Source of the DNA: Escherichia coli
GTDB lineage: Bacteria; Pseudomonadota; Gammaproteobacteria; Enterobacterales; Enterobacteriaceae
NCBI RefSeq assembly: GCF_036507355.1
Contig: NZ_AP027877.1
DNA length: 64,000 nt
Strand: one strand, 5' to 3'
Shown here: one piece after another, positions 24,364-35,985 of the stretch
Position numbering within the stretch: position 1 is the stretch's first letter
Layout of the letters: each line of letters starts with the position of its first letter
Translations under genes and position numbers: made by a program
The notes under the pieces: generated by a model
The model's input: the letters and a program-made list of their open reading frames with translations, nothing else
The model's database searches: none
What the model was told of the DNA's origin: nothing

Positions 24364-25821
24364 ATGAAAACACCCTCACAGCCGCGCGCGATATACTATA
24401 TCGTGGCGATCCAAATCTGGGAGTACTTCAGTTTTTACGGCATGCGTGCCTTACTCATTCTCTATCTCACCCATCAGCTTGGTTTTGATGATAACCATGC
24501 CATCAGCCTGTTCAGCGCATATGCTTCTCTGGTTTACGTTACCCCTATTCTCGGCGGCTGGCTTGCCGACCGCCTGCTCGGCAACCGCACTGCAGTGATT
24601 GCCGGCGCGCTGTTAATGACCCTTGGCCATGTGGTGCTGGGCATTGATACAAATTCAACCTTTAGCCTGTATCTGGCGCTGGCAATCATTATTTGTGGCT
24701 ACGGTTTATTCAAATCAAACATCAGCTGTTTGCTTGGCGAGCTCTACGACGAGAACGATCATCGACGTGATGGCGGTTTTTCGCTGCTGTATGCTGCGGG
24801 CAATATCGGTTCTATCGCCGCCCCAATCGCCTGCGGCCTGGCTGCTCAGTGGTATGGATGGCATGTTGGCTTTGCCCTTGCGGGTGGCGGCATGTTTATC
24901 GGTTTGTTGATTTTCTTAAGCGGTCATCGTCATTTCCAGTCCACGCGTAGTATGGATAAAAAAGCGCTCACTAGCGTGAAATTTGCCTTACCAGTATGGA
25001 GCTGGTTAGTGGTGATGCTCTGTTTAGCCCCAGTATTTTTTACTCTGCTGCTGGAGAACGACTGGTCCGGATATTTGCTGGCGATCGTTTGCCTCATTGC
25101 CGCACAAATCATTGCCCGCATGATGATCAAATTCCCCGAACACCGCCGTGCTCTTTGGCAAATTGTATTGTTGATGTTTGTCGGGACGTTGTTCTGGGTA
25201 CTGGCACAACAGGGCGGCAGTACCATCAGCTTGTTTATCGATCGCTTTGTGAATCGTCAGGCATTCAATATTGAAGTACCTACTGCACTATTCCAGTCGG
25301 TGAATGCAATTGCGGTGATGCTCGCTGGGGTTGTTCTGGCCTGGCTGGCGTCGCCAGAAAGCCGCGGCAACTCAACATTGCGCGTCTGGCTGAAGTTTGC
25401 CTTTGGCTTACTGCTGATGGCTTGTGGCTTTATGTTGCTGGCATTTGATGCCCGACATGCAGCGGCTGACGGTCAAGCGTCAATGGGCGTGATGATATCC
25501 GGGTTGGCGCTAATGGGCTTTGCCGAACTCTTTATTGACCCGGTGGCGATTGCGCAAATCACGCGTCTGAAAATGTCTGGCGTATTAACCGGGATTTATA
25601 TGCTGGCAACAGGCGCGGTCGCCAACTGGCTGGCAGGCGTAGTGGCACAGCAGACGACAGAGTCGCAAATTAGCGGTATGGCAATTGCAGCTTACCAGCG
25701 ATTCTTTTCTCAGATGGGAGAGTGGACGTTGGCTTGTGTCGCGATCATCGTGGTATTGGCCTTTGCTGCCCGTTTTCTGTTTAGCACGCCGACGAATATG
25801 ATACAGGAGAGCAACGATTAA
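24364..25821 (+). CDS. dtpC: Dipeptide/tripeptide permease DtpC (YjdL, 485 aa)
   Basis: Track ORF 24364..25821; POT/PTR2-family signature with many TM segments. Confidence 0.95.
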   Translation: MKTPSQPRAIYYIVAIQIWEYFSFYGMRALLILYLTHQLGFDDNHAISLFSAYASLVYVTPILGGWLADRLLGNRTAVIAGALLMTLGHVVLGIDTNSTFSLYLALAIIICGYGLFKSNISCLLGELYDENDHRRDGGFSLLYAAGNIGSIAAPIACGLAAQWYGWHVGFALAGGGMFIGLLIFLSGHRHFQSTRSMDKKALTSVKFALPVWSWLVVMLCLAPVFFTLLLENDWSGYLLAIVCLIAAQIIARMMIKFPEHRRALWQIVLLMFVGTLFWVLAQQGGSTISLFIDRFVNRQAFNIEVPTALFQSVNAIAVMLAGVVLAWLASPESRGNSTLRVWLKFAFGLLLMACGFMLLAFDARHAAADGQASMGVMISGLALMGFAELFIDPVAIAQITRLKMSGVLTGIYMLATGAVANWLAGVVAQQTTESQISGMAIAAYQRFFSQMGEWTLACVAIIVVLAFAARFLFSTPTNMIQESND

Positions 25822-26057
25822 CTGTCGTAAAAACAATTATTTATGAATAAATTAACTTTCAGTTTATAACACTAGCAAATCGATATTAATAAGTCATTTA
25901 AACCATTTTGATGGTTATTTATTAGTGATATCAACTTGAGGTAAGCGTTAGTTTCGATAAGATAAACTGAGTTACTAATAGTCGAGGCAGATAATACAGT
26001 GTACCGATCTGTCTCTTTATCTACGCTAAATTGAAAGCTGGATTTAGAGGAACCAAA

Positions 26058-27575
26058 ATGTCTGAACAAGAAACACGGGGAGCCAATGAGGCTATTGATT
26101 TTAACGATGAACTGAGAAATCGCCGCGAAAAACTGGCGGCACTACGTCAGCAAGGTGTGGCGTTTCCCAATGATTTTCGCCGCGACCATACCTCTGACCA
26201 GTTGCACGAAGAGTTTGATGCGAAGGATAACCAGGAACTGGAATCCTTAAACATTGAAGTCTCGGTTGCTGGCCGAATGATGACCCGTCGTATCATGGGG
26301 AAAGCCTCCTTTGTAACGTTGCAGGATGTCGGTGGCCGTATTCAACTGTACGTCGCACGAGATAGCCTGCCAGAAGGTGTTTATAACGATCAGTTTAAAA
26401 AATGGGATCTGGGTGACATTATCGGTGCCCGCGGTACGCTGTTTAAGACGCAAACGGGTGAGCTTTCCATTCACTGTACTGAGCTGCGTCTGCTGACTAA
26501 AGCACTACGTCCTTTACCAGATAAATTCCATGGTCTGCAGGATCAGGAAGTTCGTTATCGTCAACGTTATCTGGACCTCATCGCTAACGATAAATCCCGT
26601 CAAACGTTTGTTGTCCGTTCAAAAATTCTGGCCGCTATCCGTCAGTTCATGGTCGCGCGCGGCTTTATGGAAGTAGAAACCCCGATGATGCAGGTAATTC
26701 CAGGTGGGGCATCTGCTCGCCCGTTTATTACCCATCATAATGCTCTGGATTTAGATATGTATCTGCGTATCGCGCCGGAGCTGTATCTGAAACGTCTGGT
26801 TGTAGGCGGTTTTGAACGGGTATTCGAAATCAACCGTAACTTCCGTAATGAAGGTATTTCTGTTCGCCATAATCCTGAGTTCACAATGATGGAACTCTAC
26901 ATGGCGTATGCGGATTACCACGATTTGATTGAACTGACAGAGTCACTGTTCCGCACCCTGGCACAAGAGGTTCTGGGTACCACTAAAGTCACTTATGGCG
27001 AGCATGTGTTTGATTTCGGCAAACCGTTTGAAAAACTCACCATGCGCGAAGCAATCAAAAAATATCGTCCAGAAACCGATATGGCCGACCTGGATAATTT
27101 TGATGCTGCTAAAGCATTAGCTGAATCTATCGGTATTACGGTAGAGAAAAGCTGGGGGCTGGGACGTATTGTCACGGAGATCTTTGATGAAGTGGCAGAA
27201 GCACATCTGATTCAGCCAACCTTTATTACGGAATATCCGGCAGAAGTGTCACCGCTGGCACGCCGTAATGATGTTAACCCGGAAATCACCGACCGTTTTG
27301 AATTCTTCATCGGTGGTCGTGAAATCGGTAATGGTTTTAGCGAATTAAACGACGCAGAAGATCAGGCTGAACGTTTCCAGGAACAGGTTAATGCTAAAGC
27401 TGCAGGTGACGACGAAGCCATGTTCTATGACGAAGATTACGTGACTGCGCTGGAATATGGTCTGCCGCCAACCGCTGGTCTGGGTATTGGTATCGACCGA
27501 ATGATTATGCTGTTCACAAACAGTCATACTATTCGCGACGTTATTCTCTTCCCGGCGATGCGCCCACAGAAATAA
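26058..27575 (+). CDS. lysU: Lysyl-tRNA synthetase, heat-inducible isoform LysU (505 aa)
   Basis: Within track ORF 26031..27575; start ATG 26058 ([33 protein letters not shown]...); class II aaRS motifs; placement next to the cad operon distinguishes it from lysS. Confidence 0.95.
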
Positions 27576-27693
27576 ATTTCACTTTAATGAACGAAGCAGT
27601 CAGGCGACTGCTTCGTTCGTCGTTCCGCAAATCCAGTTTTGAGGAGAGACGCTTCGTTTCACGATAACCAGCGGGTCCACTCAACTACAGCTC

Positions 27694-27867
27694 CTAAAAG
27701 AGAGAAAAAAGTAATGCCACAGGCAGACTCATTGGCCAGGTTATTCCGACCAGGAATGCACTAAGTAAACGAATATGTGTTTTCTCATGTGAGATAAACC
27801 AGATAATGACAAAGGATATGTTCACACCAATCACATAAAAAATTAATATTTTAGAGAATAGTGCCAT
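27694..27867 (-). CDS. ghoT: Type V toxin GhoT, small membrane-lytic peptide (57 aa)
   Basis: Reverse-complement translation: MALFSKILIFYVIGVNISFVIIWFISHEKTHIRLLSAFLVGITWPMSLPVALLFSLF*; located by hand (below track cutoff); 27 bp downstream of ghoS on the same strand. Confidence 0.9.
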   Translation of the reverse strand: MALFSKILIFYVIGVNISFVIIWFISHEKTHIRLLSAFLVGITWPMSLPVALLFSLF

Positions 27868-27894
27868 TTTTTATGTTCTTCTTATCCTTCCTGG

Positions 27895-28191
27895 CTACTT
27901 GTAAAACTGACGGAAATAGTCATCAACTGTCATAATGTTGAGGTCAAAGTCAATATCCGGTAAGTCTAAGCATTTAAGCCTGATTAAATCTTCGATTTCA
28001 CTTGCGGCTAACGATGTCGTTATTGCGAAGGAGTTTTCATTCAATTGTCGTGGTATCCCATATTCATCAGCCACGATAGAGGAGAAATTCATATCATACA
28101 TCAATGATCTTAACCTTAAGAACACTGAGGAATAAGATGATGGATAATCAAAAGAAACAACATAAGTATTGAACTTGTTTTTACCTTCCAT
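27895..28191 (-). CDS. ghoS: Type V antitoxin GhoS, sequence-specific endoribonuclease (98 aa)
   Basis: Track ORF 27895..28191(-); MEGKNKFNTYVVSFDYPSSYSSVFLRLRSLMYDMNFSSIVADEYGIPRQLNENSFAITTSLAASEIEDLIRLKCLDLPDIDFDLNIMTVDDYFRQFYK. Confidence 0.9.
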   Translation of the reverse strand: MEGKNKFNTYVVSFDYPSSYSSVFLRLRSLMYDMNFSSIVADEYGIPRQLNENSFAITTSLAASEIEDLIRLKCLDLPDIDFDLNIMTVDDYFRQFYK

Positions 28192-28417
28192 AATATGACT
28201 CCTATCAATATTGAACGCTCTGGGGACGCAAAACTTATTAACCCCGATTGATGATTCTCATATAGGAGATATTCTTTTTTTTGCTCAGTAAAGGGGATGA
28301 CTTGGGACAAAAAAACGCGCTCTCTGCCCATTCTTTGTGCATCCCCCTACCCTTCAGATGCTCTCCTGCATCACACCGTGGAGAGCATGAAAAATATCGT
28401 GAATCTGTACTCTCCCA

Positions 28418-28690
28418 TCAACTGCGAATATCATCATACTCCCGCGTTTTATCAAATTCGTGTTTCGCAAATGGACATAATGGGATAATTTTTCGTTTTT
28501 CCCGACGCATTTTTTCCACGACTTTCGCAACCAGCTGTTTACCAATCCCTTGCCCTTTCAGGCTTTCATCGACATCGGTATGTTCGATAATCGCTAAATT
28601 CTCTCCGGTCGGCACAAAGACAATTTCAGCGATTTGCTTGCCCTGTTCATCATTAATGTAAAATTTATTGTAGCCTTCGCGTATTTCCAT
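28418..28690 (-). CDS. yjdJ: GNAT-family N-acetyltransferase YjdJ (90 aa)
   Basis: Track ORF 28418..28690(-); compact GNAT motif (QGIGKQLV). Confidence 0.85.
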   Translation of the reverse strand: MEIREGYNKFYINDEQGKQIAEIVFVPTGENLAIIEHTDVDESLKGQGIGKQLVAKVVEKMRREKRKIIPLCPFAKHEFDKTREYDDIRS

Positions 28691-28701
28691 TTTACCCTCG
28701 C

Positions 28702-28932
28702 TTATTTATGACGGTATTTCAGCGCGCCGCTCGGGCACGTATCAATCACTTTAACCACAGTGGTAACGTCGACTTCATCCGGCATGATCCACGGCTTTCG
28801 TTTGAGATTAAATAACTTGCCGTTGCCACGTACGCAATTGCCAGAATGCTGACATATCGCAGTATTGAAATAGACATCGATCTTTTCGCCGGTATAACAG
28901 CGATAACCCCCGTCCAGTAGCGCCTGATCCAT
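28702..28932 (-). CDS. yjdI: Uncharacterised Cys-rich protein YjdI (76 aa)
   Basis: Track ORF 28702..28932(-); recognised as YjdI; conserved cysteines suggest a metal-binding fold. Confidence 0.85.
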   Translation of the reverse strand: MDQALLDGGYRCYTGEKIDVYFNTAICQHSGNCVRGNGKLFNLKRKPWIMPDEVDVTTVVKVIDTCPSGALKYRHK

Positions 28933-29112
28933 GACCTTCCCTCTCTCATCAGTATGATTATCGCTATAAGCATAGCCCTGGAATCCTCATACAGCACTGG
29001 CAGTTTCCGTTGCCAGAGTCTCTTCCCCTATATAGCCAATCATTCTTACTCCCTTTGAATTACCCGCCTCATCAGAGATAATGCTTAAGAAATTTGTCAC
29101 ACAAGGAAGCTG

Positions 29113-30744
29113 ATGAGACATTCATTGCCCTACCGCATGTTACGCAAACGTCCGATGAAATTGAGTACCACAGTGATCTTAATGGTCAGCGCGGTACTGT
29201 TCTCGGTGCTATTGGTGGTGCATCTGATTTACTTCTCGCAAATCAGTGATATGACGCGAGACGGGCTAGCCAACAAGGCACTGGCAGTGGCGCGTACTCT
29301 CGCCGACTCGCCGGAAATCCGTCAGGGCTTGCAGAAAAAACCGCAGGAGAGTGGAATCCAGGCCATCGCGGAAGCCGTGCGCAAACGCAACGATCTGCTG
29401 TTTATTGTCGTTACCGATATGCAAAGTCTTCGCTATTCGCATCCTGAAGCCCAGCGTATTGGTCAGCCATTTAAAGGTGATGACATCCTTAAGGCGCTGA
29501 ATGGCGAAGAAAATGTCGCTATCAATCGCGGTTTTCTGGCGCAGGCTTTACGCGTATTTACCCCCATCTACGATGAAAATCATAAACAAATTGGCGTGGT
29601 GGCGATCGGCCTTGAGTTAAGCCGCGTGACCCAACAGATCAATGACAGTCGCTGGAGCATTATCTGGTCAGTATTATTTGGCATGCTGGTCGGACTGATT
29701 GGCACCTGCATTCTGGTTAAAGTACTGAAAAAAATCCTTTTCGGCCTGGAACCCTACGAAATCTCCACGCTGTTTGAGCAACGCCAGGCCATGTTGCAGT
29801 CTATCAAAGAAGGCGTCGTTGCCGTGGACGATCGCGGCGAGGTCACGCTGATCAACGATGCCGCACAAGAATTGCTGAATTACCGTAAGTCGCAGGACGA
29901 TGAGAAACTGTCGACGCTAAGCCACTCGTGGTCACAGGTGGTAGATGTCTCGGAAGTGTTACGCGACGGTACCCCGCGCCGCGACGAAGAGATTACGATT
30001 AAAGATCGGCTATTACTGATCAACACCGTTCCGGTGCGCAGTAATGGCGTTATCATCGGTGCCATTTCAACCTTCAGGGACAAAACTGAAGTACGTAAAC
30101 TGATGCAGCGACTCGACGGTCTGGTCAACTATGCTGATGCACTTCGTGAACGATCCCACGAATTTATGAATAAATTGCATGTGATTCTCGGATTATTGCA
30201 TCTGAAGAGTTATAAGCAGTTGGAAGATTACATTCTCAAAACAGCCAATAACTATCAGGAAGAGATTGGCTCTCTGCTGGGTAAGATCAAATCTCCGGTT
30301 ATCGCTGGTTTTTTAATCAGCAAGATTAACCGCGCGACCGATTTAGGCCATACGCTGATTTTAAACAGTGAAAGCCAGCTGCCAGACAGCGGCAGTGAGG
30401 ACCAGGTCGCGACGCTGATTACCACATTGGGAAATCTGATAGAAAACGCGCTGGAAGCATTAGGGCCGGAACCCGGAGGCGAAATTAGCGTAACATTGCA
30501 CTACCGTCACGGCTGGCTGCACTGTGAAGTTAATGATGATGGACCGGGGATCGCACCCGATAAAATCGATCACATTTTTGACAAAGGTGTCTCGACAAAA
30601 GGAAGCGAGCGAGGCGTCGGTTTAGCACTTGTCAAACAACAGGTAGAAAATCTCGGCGGCAGCATCGCCGTGGAATCGGAACCCGGGATTTTCACACAAT
30701 TTTTTGTCCAGATACCCTGGGACGGGGAGAGGTCGAACAGATGA
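29113..30744 (+). CDS. dcuS: C4-dicarboxylate sensor histidine kinase DcuS (543 aa)
   Basis: Track ORF 29113..30744; periplasmic PAS sensor between two TM segments, cytoplasmic PAS and kinase domain. Confidence 0.95.
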   Translation: MRHSLPYRMLRKRPMKLSTTVILMVSAVLFSVLLVVHLIYFSQISDMTRDGLANKALAVARTLADSPEIRQGLQKKPQESGIQAIAEAVRKRNDLLFIVVTDMQSLRYSHPEAQRIGQPFKGDDILKALNGEENVAINRGFLAQALRVFTPIYDENHKQIGVVAIGLELSRVTQQINDSRWSIIWSVLFGMLVGLIGTCILVKVLKKILFGLEPYEISTLFEQRQAMLQSIKEGVVAVDDRGEVTLINDAAQELLNYRKSQDDEKLSTLSHSWSQVVDVSEVLRDGTPRRDEEITIKDRLLLINTVPVRSNGVIIGAISTFRDKTEVRKLMQRLDGLVNYADALRERSHEFMNKLHVILGLLHLKSYKQLEDYILKTANNYQEEIGSLLGKIKSPVIAGFLISKINRATDLGHTLILNSESQLPDSGSEDQVATLITTLGNLIENALEALGPEPGGEISVTLHYRHGWLHCEVNDDGPGIAPDKIDHIFDKGVSTKGSERGVGLALVKQQVENLGGSIAVESEPGIFTQFFVQIPWDGERSNR

Positions 30745-31460
30745 TCAATGTATTAATTATCGATGACGACGCAATGGTCGCGGAGCTGAATCGCCGATAC
30801 GTGGCACAAATCCCGGGCTTTCAATGCTGTGGAACGGCCTCGACGCTGGAGAAAGCCAAAGAGATTATCTTCAATAGCGATACGCCTATCGACCTGATAT
30901 TGCTCGATATCTATATGCAAAAAGAGAACGGGCTCGATTTACTGCCTGTCCTGCATAACGCGCGTTGCAAAAGTGATGTGATTGTCATCTCCTCCGCAGC
31001 CGATGCGGCAACCATTAAAGATTCGCTGCATTACGGTGTCGTGGATTACCTGATCAAACCCTTCCAGGCTTCCCGCTTTGAAGAGGCGCTCACCGGCTGG
31101 CGGCAAAAGAAAATGGCGCTGGAAAAACATCAGTATTATGACCAGGCCGAGCTTGATCAGCTAATCCACGGCAGCAGCTCCAACGAGCAGGATCCTCGTC
31201 GCTTGCCAAAAGGCTTAACGCCGCAGACGTTACGCACACTGTGCCAGTGGATTGACGCGCATCAGGACTATGAGTTTTCAACCGACGAGCTAGCCAACGA
31301 GGTTAACATTTCGCGTGTTTCCTGCCGTAAATACCTCATCTGGCTGGTCAACTGCCACATCTTGTTCACCAGTATCCATTATGGCGTCACGGGGCGTCCG
31401 GTTTACCGTTACCGTATTCAGGCAGAACACTACTCACTGCTGAAACAATATTGCCAATAA
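30741..31460 (+). CDS. dcuR: Response regulator DcuR (239 aa)
   Basis: Track ORF 30741..31460; receiver domain (IDDD...D) plus HTH; 4-bp overlap with dcuS. Confidence 0.95.
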   Translation: MINVLIIDDDAMVAELNRRYVAQIPGFQCCGTASTLEKAKEIIFNSDTPIDLILLDIYMQKENGLDLLPVLHNARCKSDVIVISSAADAATIKDSLHYGVVDYLIKPFQASRFEEALTGWRQKKMALEKHQYYDQAELDQLIHGSSSNEQDPRRLPKGLTPQTLRTLCQWIDAHQDYEFSTDELANEVNISRVSCRKYLIWLVNCHILFTSIHYGVTGRPVYRYRIQAEHYSLLKQYCQ

Positions 31461-32030
31461 CGGATCGCTGGTTATCTGTAAGTAATAATTATTACCGTAA
31501 TGCAAAATACCCCTGGCACAAGTTACATCGTTAATCAGTAAAACTTGTGCCAGATCAAATATAATTATCCCTCCATCATCGTTAAAAATTAATATCTCTT
31601 CAGATGAACGGTGTTTTTAATTTCAAAACGCTAACAAAAGTTAATTAACTATTATGTCACCCGCATTATGTGTATTTTTACCCACAAATGGGTAAATCAG
31701 ATTAATCTATAAACCTAATGATATCTGCCCTGAGAACAAAAAACAGACCGATAAATATCAATAAGATAACAGCAAACAAAACATTAACATCTGCGCAGTA
31801 CAAACTTTAAACCCATCGCCAGAGAGTTTTTCTCTCTGAAAAAGCCGCTTATCACAGTGCATAAATTTGCCGCTGCTTTAATCAGCCAATATTCACTGTG
31901 AGGTATTTGCTAAAGCCGGTAACGACCAAACGGATATTTAGTCAGGCTCTGAAAACAGTTCATACAAAACAGAACGTGACTGTGATCTATTCAGCAAAAA
32001 TTTAAATAGGATTATCGCGAGGGTTCACAC
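31461..32030 (+). promoter_or_regulatory. dcuB upstream regulatory region (long AT-rich leader/promoter, expected DcuR/FNR/CRP control)
   Basis: 570-bp AT-rich non-coding gap with no ORF of significance; individual sites not resolved. Confidence 0.4.
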
Positions 32031-33371
32031 ATGTTATTTACTATCCAACTTATCATAATACTGATATGTCTGTTTTATGGTGCCAGAAAGGGTGGTATCG
32101 CGCTGGGTTTATTAGGCGGTATCGGTCTGGTCATTCTGGTCTTCGTCTTCCACCTTCAGCCAGGTAAACCACCAGTTGATGTCATGCTGGTTATCATTGC
32201 GGTGGTGGCGGCATCGGCGACCTTGCAAGCTTCGGGCGGTCTTGATGTCATGCTGCAAATTGCCGAGAAGCTGCTGCGCCGCAACCCGAAATATGTCTCA
32301 ATTGTCGCGCCGTTTGTGACCTGTACGCTGACCATTCTTTGCGGTACGGGTCATGTGGTTTACACCATTCTGCCGATCATCTACGACGTCGCCATTAAGA
32401 ACAACATCCGTCCGGAACGTCCGATGGCGGCAAGTTCTATCGGTGCACAGATGGGGATTATCGCCAGTCCGGTGTCGGTTGCGGTCGTGTCTCTGGTTGC
32501 AATGCTGGGTAATGTCACCTTTGATGGTCGCCATCTTGAGTTCCTCGACCTGCTGGCAATCACCATTCCATCGACGTTAATCGGTATCCTGGCGATCGGT
32601 ATCTTCAGCTGGTTCCGCGGTAAAGATCTGGATAAAGACGAAGAGTTCCAGAAATTCATCTCCGTACCGGAAAACCGTGAGTATGTTTACGGTGATACCG
32701 CGACGCTGCTCGATAAAAAACTGCCGAAAAGCAACTGGCTGGCAATGTGGATTTTCCTCGGGGCAATCGCTGTAGTCGCCCTTCTTGGTGCTGATTCGGA
32801 CCTGCGTCCATCCTTCGGCGGCAAACCGCTGTCGATGGTACTGGTTATTCAGATGTTTATGCTGCTGACCGGGGCGCTGATTATTATCCTGACCAAAACC
32901 AATCCCGCGTCTATCTCAAAAAACGAAGTCTTCCGTTCCGGTATGATCGCCATCGTGGCGGTGTACGGTATCGCATGGATGGCAGAAACCATGTTCGGTG
33001 CGCATATGTCTGAAATTCAGGGCGTACTGGGTGAAATGGTGAAAGAGTATCCGTGGGCCTATGCCATTGTTCTGCTGCTGGTTTCCAAGTTTGTAAACTC
33101 TCAGGCTGCGGCGCTGGCGGCGATTGTTCCGGTCGCGCTGGCGATCGGCGTTGATCCGGCATACATCGTGGCTTCAGCACCGGCTTGCTACGGTTATTAC
33201 ATCCTGCCGACTTATCCGAGCGATCTGGCAGCGATTCAGTTTGACCGTTCCGGCACCACCCACATCGGTCGCTTCGTCATCAACCACAGCTTTATTCTGC
33301 CGGGGTTGATTGGTGTGAGCGTATCGTGCGTCTTCGGCTGGATCTTCGCCGCGATGTACGGGTTCTTATAA
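32031..33371 (+). CDS. dcuB: Anaerobic C4-dicarboxylate (fumarate/succinate) antiporter DcuB (446 aa)
   Basis: Track ORF 32031..33371; clear paralogue of dcuA in this window (shared motifs [14 protein letters not shown]). Confidence 0.95.
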
Positions 33372-33448
33372 ATGCACTTTGCGTGCCGCCCGTAACTACG
33401 CGGCACGCCATTTTCGAATAACAAATACAGAGTTACAGGCTGGAAGCT

Positions 33449-35095
33449 ATGTCAAACAAACCCTTTATCTACCAGGCACCTTTCCCGATGGGGAAAGACA
33501 ATACCGAATACTATCTACTCACTTCCGATTACGTTAGCGTTGCCGACTTCGACGGCGAAACCATCCTGAAAGTGGAACCAGAAGCCCTGACCCTGCTGGC
33601 GCAGCAAGCCTTTCACGACGCTTCTTTTATGCTCCGTCCGGCACACCAGAAACAGGTTGCGGCTATTCTTCACGATCCAGAAGCCAGCGAAAACGACAAG
33701 TACGTGGCGCTGCAATTCTTAAGAAACTCCGAAATCGCCGCCAAAGGCGTGCTGCCGACCTGCCAGGATACCGGCACCGCGATCATCGTCGGTAAAAAAG
33801 GCCAGCGCGTGTGGACCGGTGGCGGTGATGAAGAAGCGCTGTCGAAAGGCGTCTATAACACCTATATCGAGGATAACCTGCGCTACTCGCAAAACGCGGC
33901 GCTGGACATGTACAAAGAGGTCAACACCGGCACTAACCTGCCTGCACAAATCGACCTGTACGCGGTAGATGGCGATGAGTACAAATTCCTTTGCGTTGCG
34001 AAAGGCGGCGGCTCTGCCAACAAAACCTATCTCTACCAGGAAACCAAAGCCCTGCTGACTCCCGGCAAACTGAAAAACTTCCTCGTCGAGAAAATGCGTA
34101 CCCTCGGTACTGCAGCCTGCCCGCCGTACCATATCGCGTTTGTGATTGGCGGTACGTCTGCGGAAACCAACCTGAAAACCGTTAAGTTAGCAAGCGCTCA
34201 CTATTACGATGAACTGCCGACGGAAGGGAACGAACATGGTCAGGCGTTCCGCGATGTCCAGCTGGAACAGGAACTGCTGGAAGAGGCCCAGAAACTCGGT
34301 CTTGGCGCGCAGTTTGGCGGTAAATACTTCGCGCACGACATTCGCGTTATCCGTCTGCCACGTCACGGCGCATCCTGCCCGGTAGGCATGGGCGTCTCCT
34401 GCTCCGCTGACCGTAACATTAAAGCGAAAATCAACCGCGAAGGTATCTGGATCGAAAAACTGGAACACAATCCAGGCCAGTACATTCCACAAGAACTGCG
34501 CCAGGCCGGTGAAGGCGAAGCGGTGAAGGTCGACCTTAACCGCCCGATGAAAGAGATCCTCGCCCAGCTTTCGCAATATCCGGTTTCCACTCGTTTGTCG
34601 CTCACCGGCACCATTATTGTGGGTCGAGATATTGCACACGCCAAGCTGAAAGAGCTGATTGACGCCGGTAAAGAACTTCCGCAGTACATCAAAGATCACC
34701 CGATCTACTACGCGGGTCCGGCGAAAACGCCTGCCGGTTATCCATCAGGTTCACTTGGCCCAACCACCGCAGGTCGTATGGACTCCTATGTGGATCTGCT
34801 GCAATCCCACGGCGGCAGCATGATCATGCTAGCGAAAGGTAACCGCAGTCAGCAGGTTACCGACGCGTGTCATAAACACGGCGGCTTCTACCTCGGTAGT
34901 ATCGGCGGTCCGGCGGCGGTACTGGCGCAGCAGAGCATCAAGCATCTGGAATGCGTCGCTTATCCGGAGCTGGGTATGGAAGCTATCTGGAAAATCGAAG
35001 TAGAAGATTTCCCGGCGTTTATCCTGGTCGATGACAAAGGTAACGACTTCTTCCAGCAAATCGTCAACAAACAGTGCGCGAACTGCACTAAGTAA
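33449..35095 (+). CDS. fumB: Class I (Fe-S) fumarate hydratase FumB (548 aa)
   Basis: Track ORF 33449..35095; class I fumarase sequence; location downstream of dcuB identifies it as the anaerobic isozyme. Confidence 0.95.
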   Translation: MSNKPFIYQAPFPMGKDNTEYYLLTSDYVSVADFDGETILKVEPEALTLLAQQAFHDASFMLRPAHQKQVAAILHDPEASENDKYVALQFLRNSEIAAKGVLPTCQDTGTAIIVGKKGQRVWTGGGDEEALSKGVYNTYIEDNLRYSQNAALDMYKEVNTGTNLPAQIDLYAVDGDEYKFLCVAKGGGSANKTYLYQETKALLTPGKLKNFLVEKMRTLGTAACPPYHIAFVIGGTSAETNLKTVKLASAHYYDELPTEGNEHGQAFRDVQLEQELLEEAQKLGLGAQFGGKYFAHDIRVIRLPRHGASCPVGMGVSCSADRNIKAKINREGIWIEKLEHNPGQYIPQELRQAGEGEAVKVDLNRPMKEILAQLSQYPVSTRLSLTGTIIVGRDIAHAKLKELIDAGKELPQYIKDHPIYYAGPAKTPAGYPSGSLGPTTAGRMDSYVDLLQSHGGSMIMLAKGNRSQQVTDACHKHGGFYLGSIGGPAAVLAQQSIKHLECVAYPELGMEAIWKIEVEDFPAFILVDDKGNDFFQQIVNKQCANCTK

Positions 35096-35102
35096 CCTCT
35101 TC

Positions 35103-35156
35103 GGCCCAGCGCCTGGCAGCATGCTGCCAGGTGATCCCCCTGGGCCACCTCTTTTG
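35103..35156 (+). terminator. Compound hairpin terminator after fumB
   Basis: Outer stem GGCCCAG...CTGGGCC enclosing inner hairpin CCTGGCAGC-ATG-CTGCCAGG, followed by CTTTTG. Confidence 0.5.
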
Positions 35157-35217
35157 CGATTGTAATTTCACGCTTGCTGGTGAATAGTCAGTATTTTCCC
35201 TGACTTGCGAACTCACC

Positions 35218-35847
35218 ATGACCCGCACACTCAAGCCGTTAATTCTTAACACTGGCGCACTGGCGCTAACGTTAATCCTCATTTATACCGGCATTTCGGC
35301 CCATGACAAACTCACCTGGCTGATGGAAGTGACACCGGTGATTATTGTCATGCCGCTACTCCTTGCCACCGCGAAACGTTATCCGTTAACGCCGCTGCTC
35401 TATACGCTCATTTTCTTTCACGCCATCATCCTGATGGTCGGCGGGCAATACACCTACGCGAAAGTCCCCGTTGGTTTTGAGGTGCAGGAATGGCTGGGGT
35501 TGAGCCGTAATCCGTATGACAAGCTGGGGCATTTTTTCCAGGGGCTGGTGCCTGCACTGGTGGCACGTGAGATCCTTGTGCGCGGGATGTACGTTCGCGG
35601 ACGTAAAATGGTGGCGTTTCTGGTCTGTTGCGTGGCGCTGGCGATAAGCGCGATGTATGAATTAATCGTGTGGTGGGCGGCGCTGGCAATGGGCCAGGGA
35701 GCGGATGATTTTCTCGGCACCCAGGGCGACCAGTGGGACACGCAATCCGATATGTTCTGCGCGCTGCTTGGCGCATTAACGACGGTGATATTCCTCGCTC
35801 GCTTTCATTGCCGCCAGCTACGGCGCTTTGGCTTGATAACCGGATAA
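35218..35847 (+). CDS. yjdF: Inner-membrane protein YjdF (209 aa)
   Basis: Track ORF 35218..35847; multi-TM hydrophobic protein recognised as YjdF. Confidence 0.85.
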   Translation: MTRTLKPLILNTGALALTLILIYTGISAHDKLTWLMEVTPVIIVMPLLLATAKRYPLTPLLYTLIFFHAIILMVGGQYTYAKVPVGFEVQEWLGLSRNPYDKLGHFFQGLVPALVAREILVRGMYVRGRKMVAFLVCCVALAISAMYELIVWWAALAMGQGADDFLGTQGDQWDTQSDMFCALLGALTTVIFLARFHCRQLRRFGLITG

Positions 35848-35862
35848 CAACGTGCACTTTGT

Positions 35863-35965
35863 TGATGCCGGATGCGGCGTGAATTCCTTATCCGGTCTAC
35901 AAAATTTGCAAATCCAAAGCATTACATTAAGACGTGGCCTGATAAACATATCGCATCAGGCCATT
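35863..35965. repeat. REP/BIME element
   Basis: GATGCCGGATGCGGCGTGAATTCCTTATCCGGTCTAC ... GGCCTGATAAACATATCGCATCAGGCC; boundaries approximate. Confidence 0.65.
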
Positions 35966-35985
35966 TTCGTTAGCTATTGTCCACG

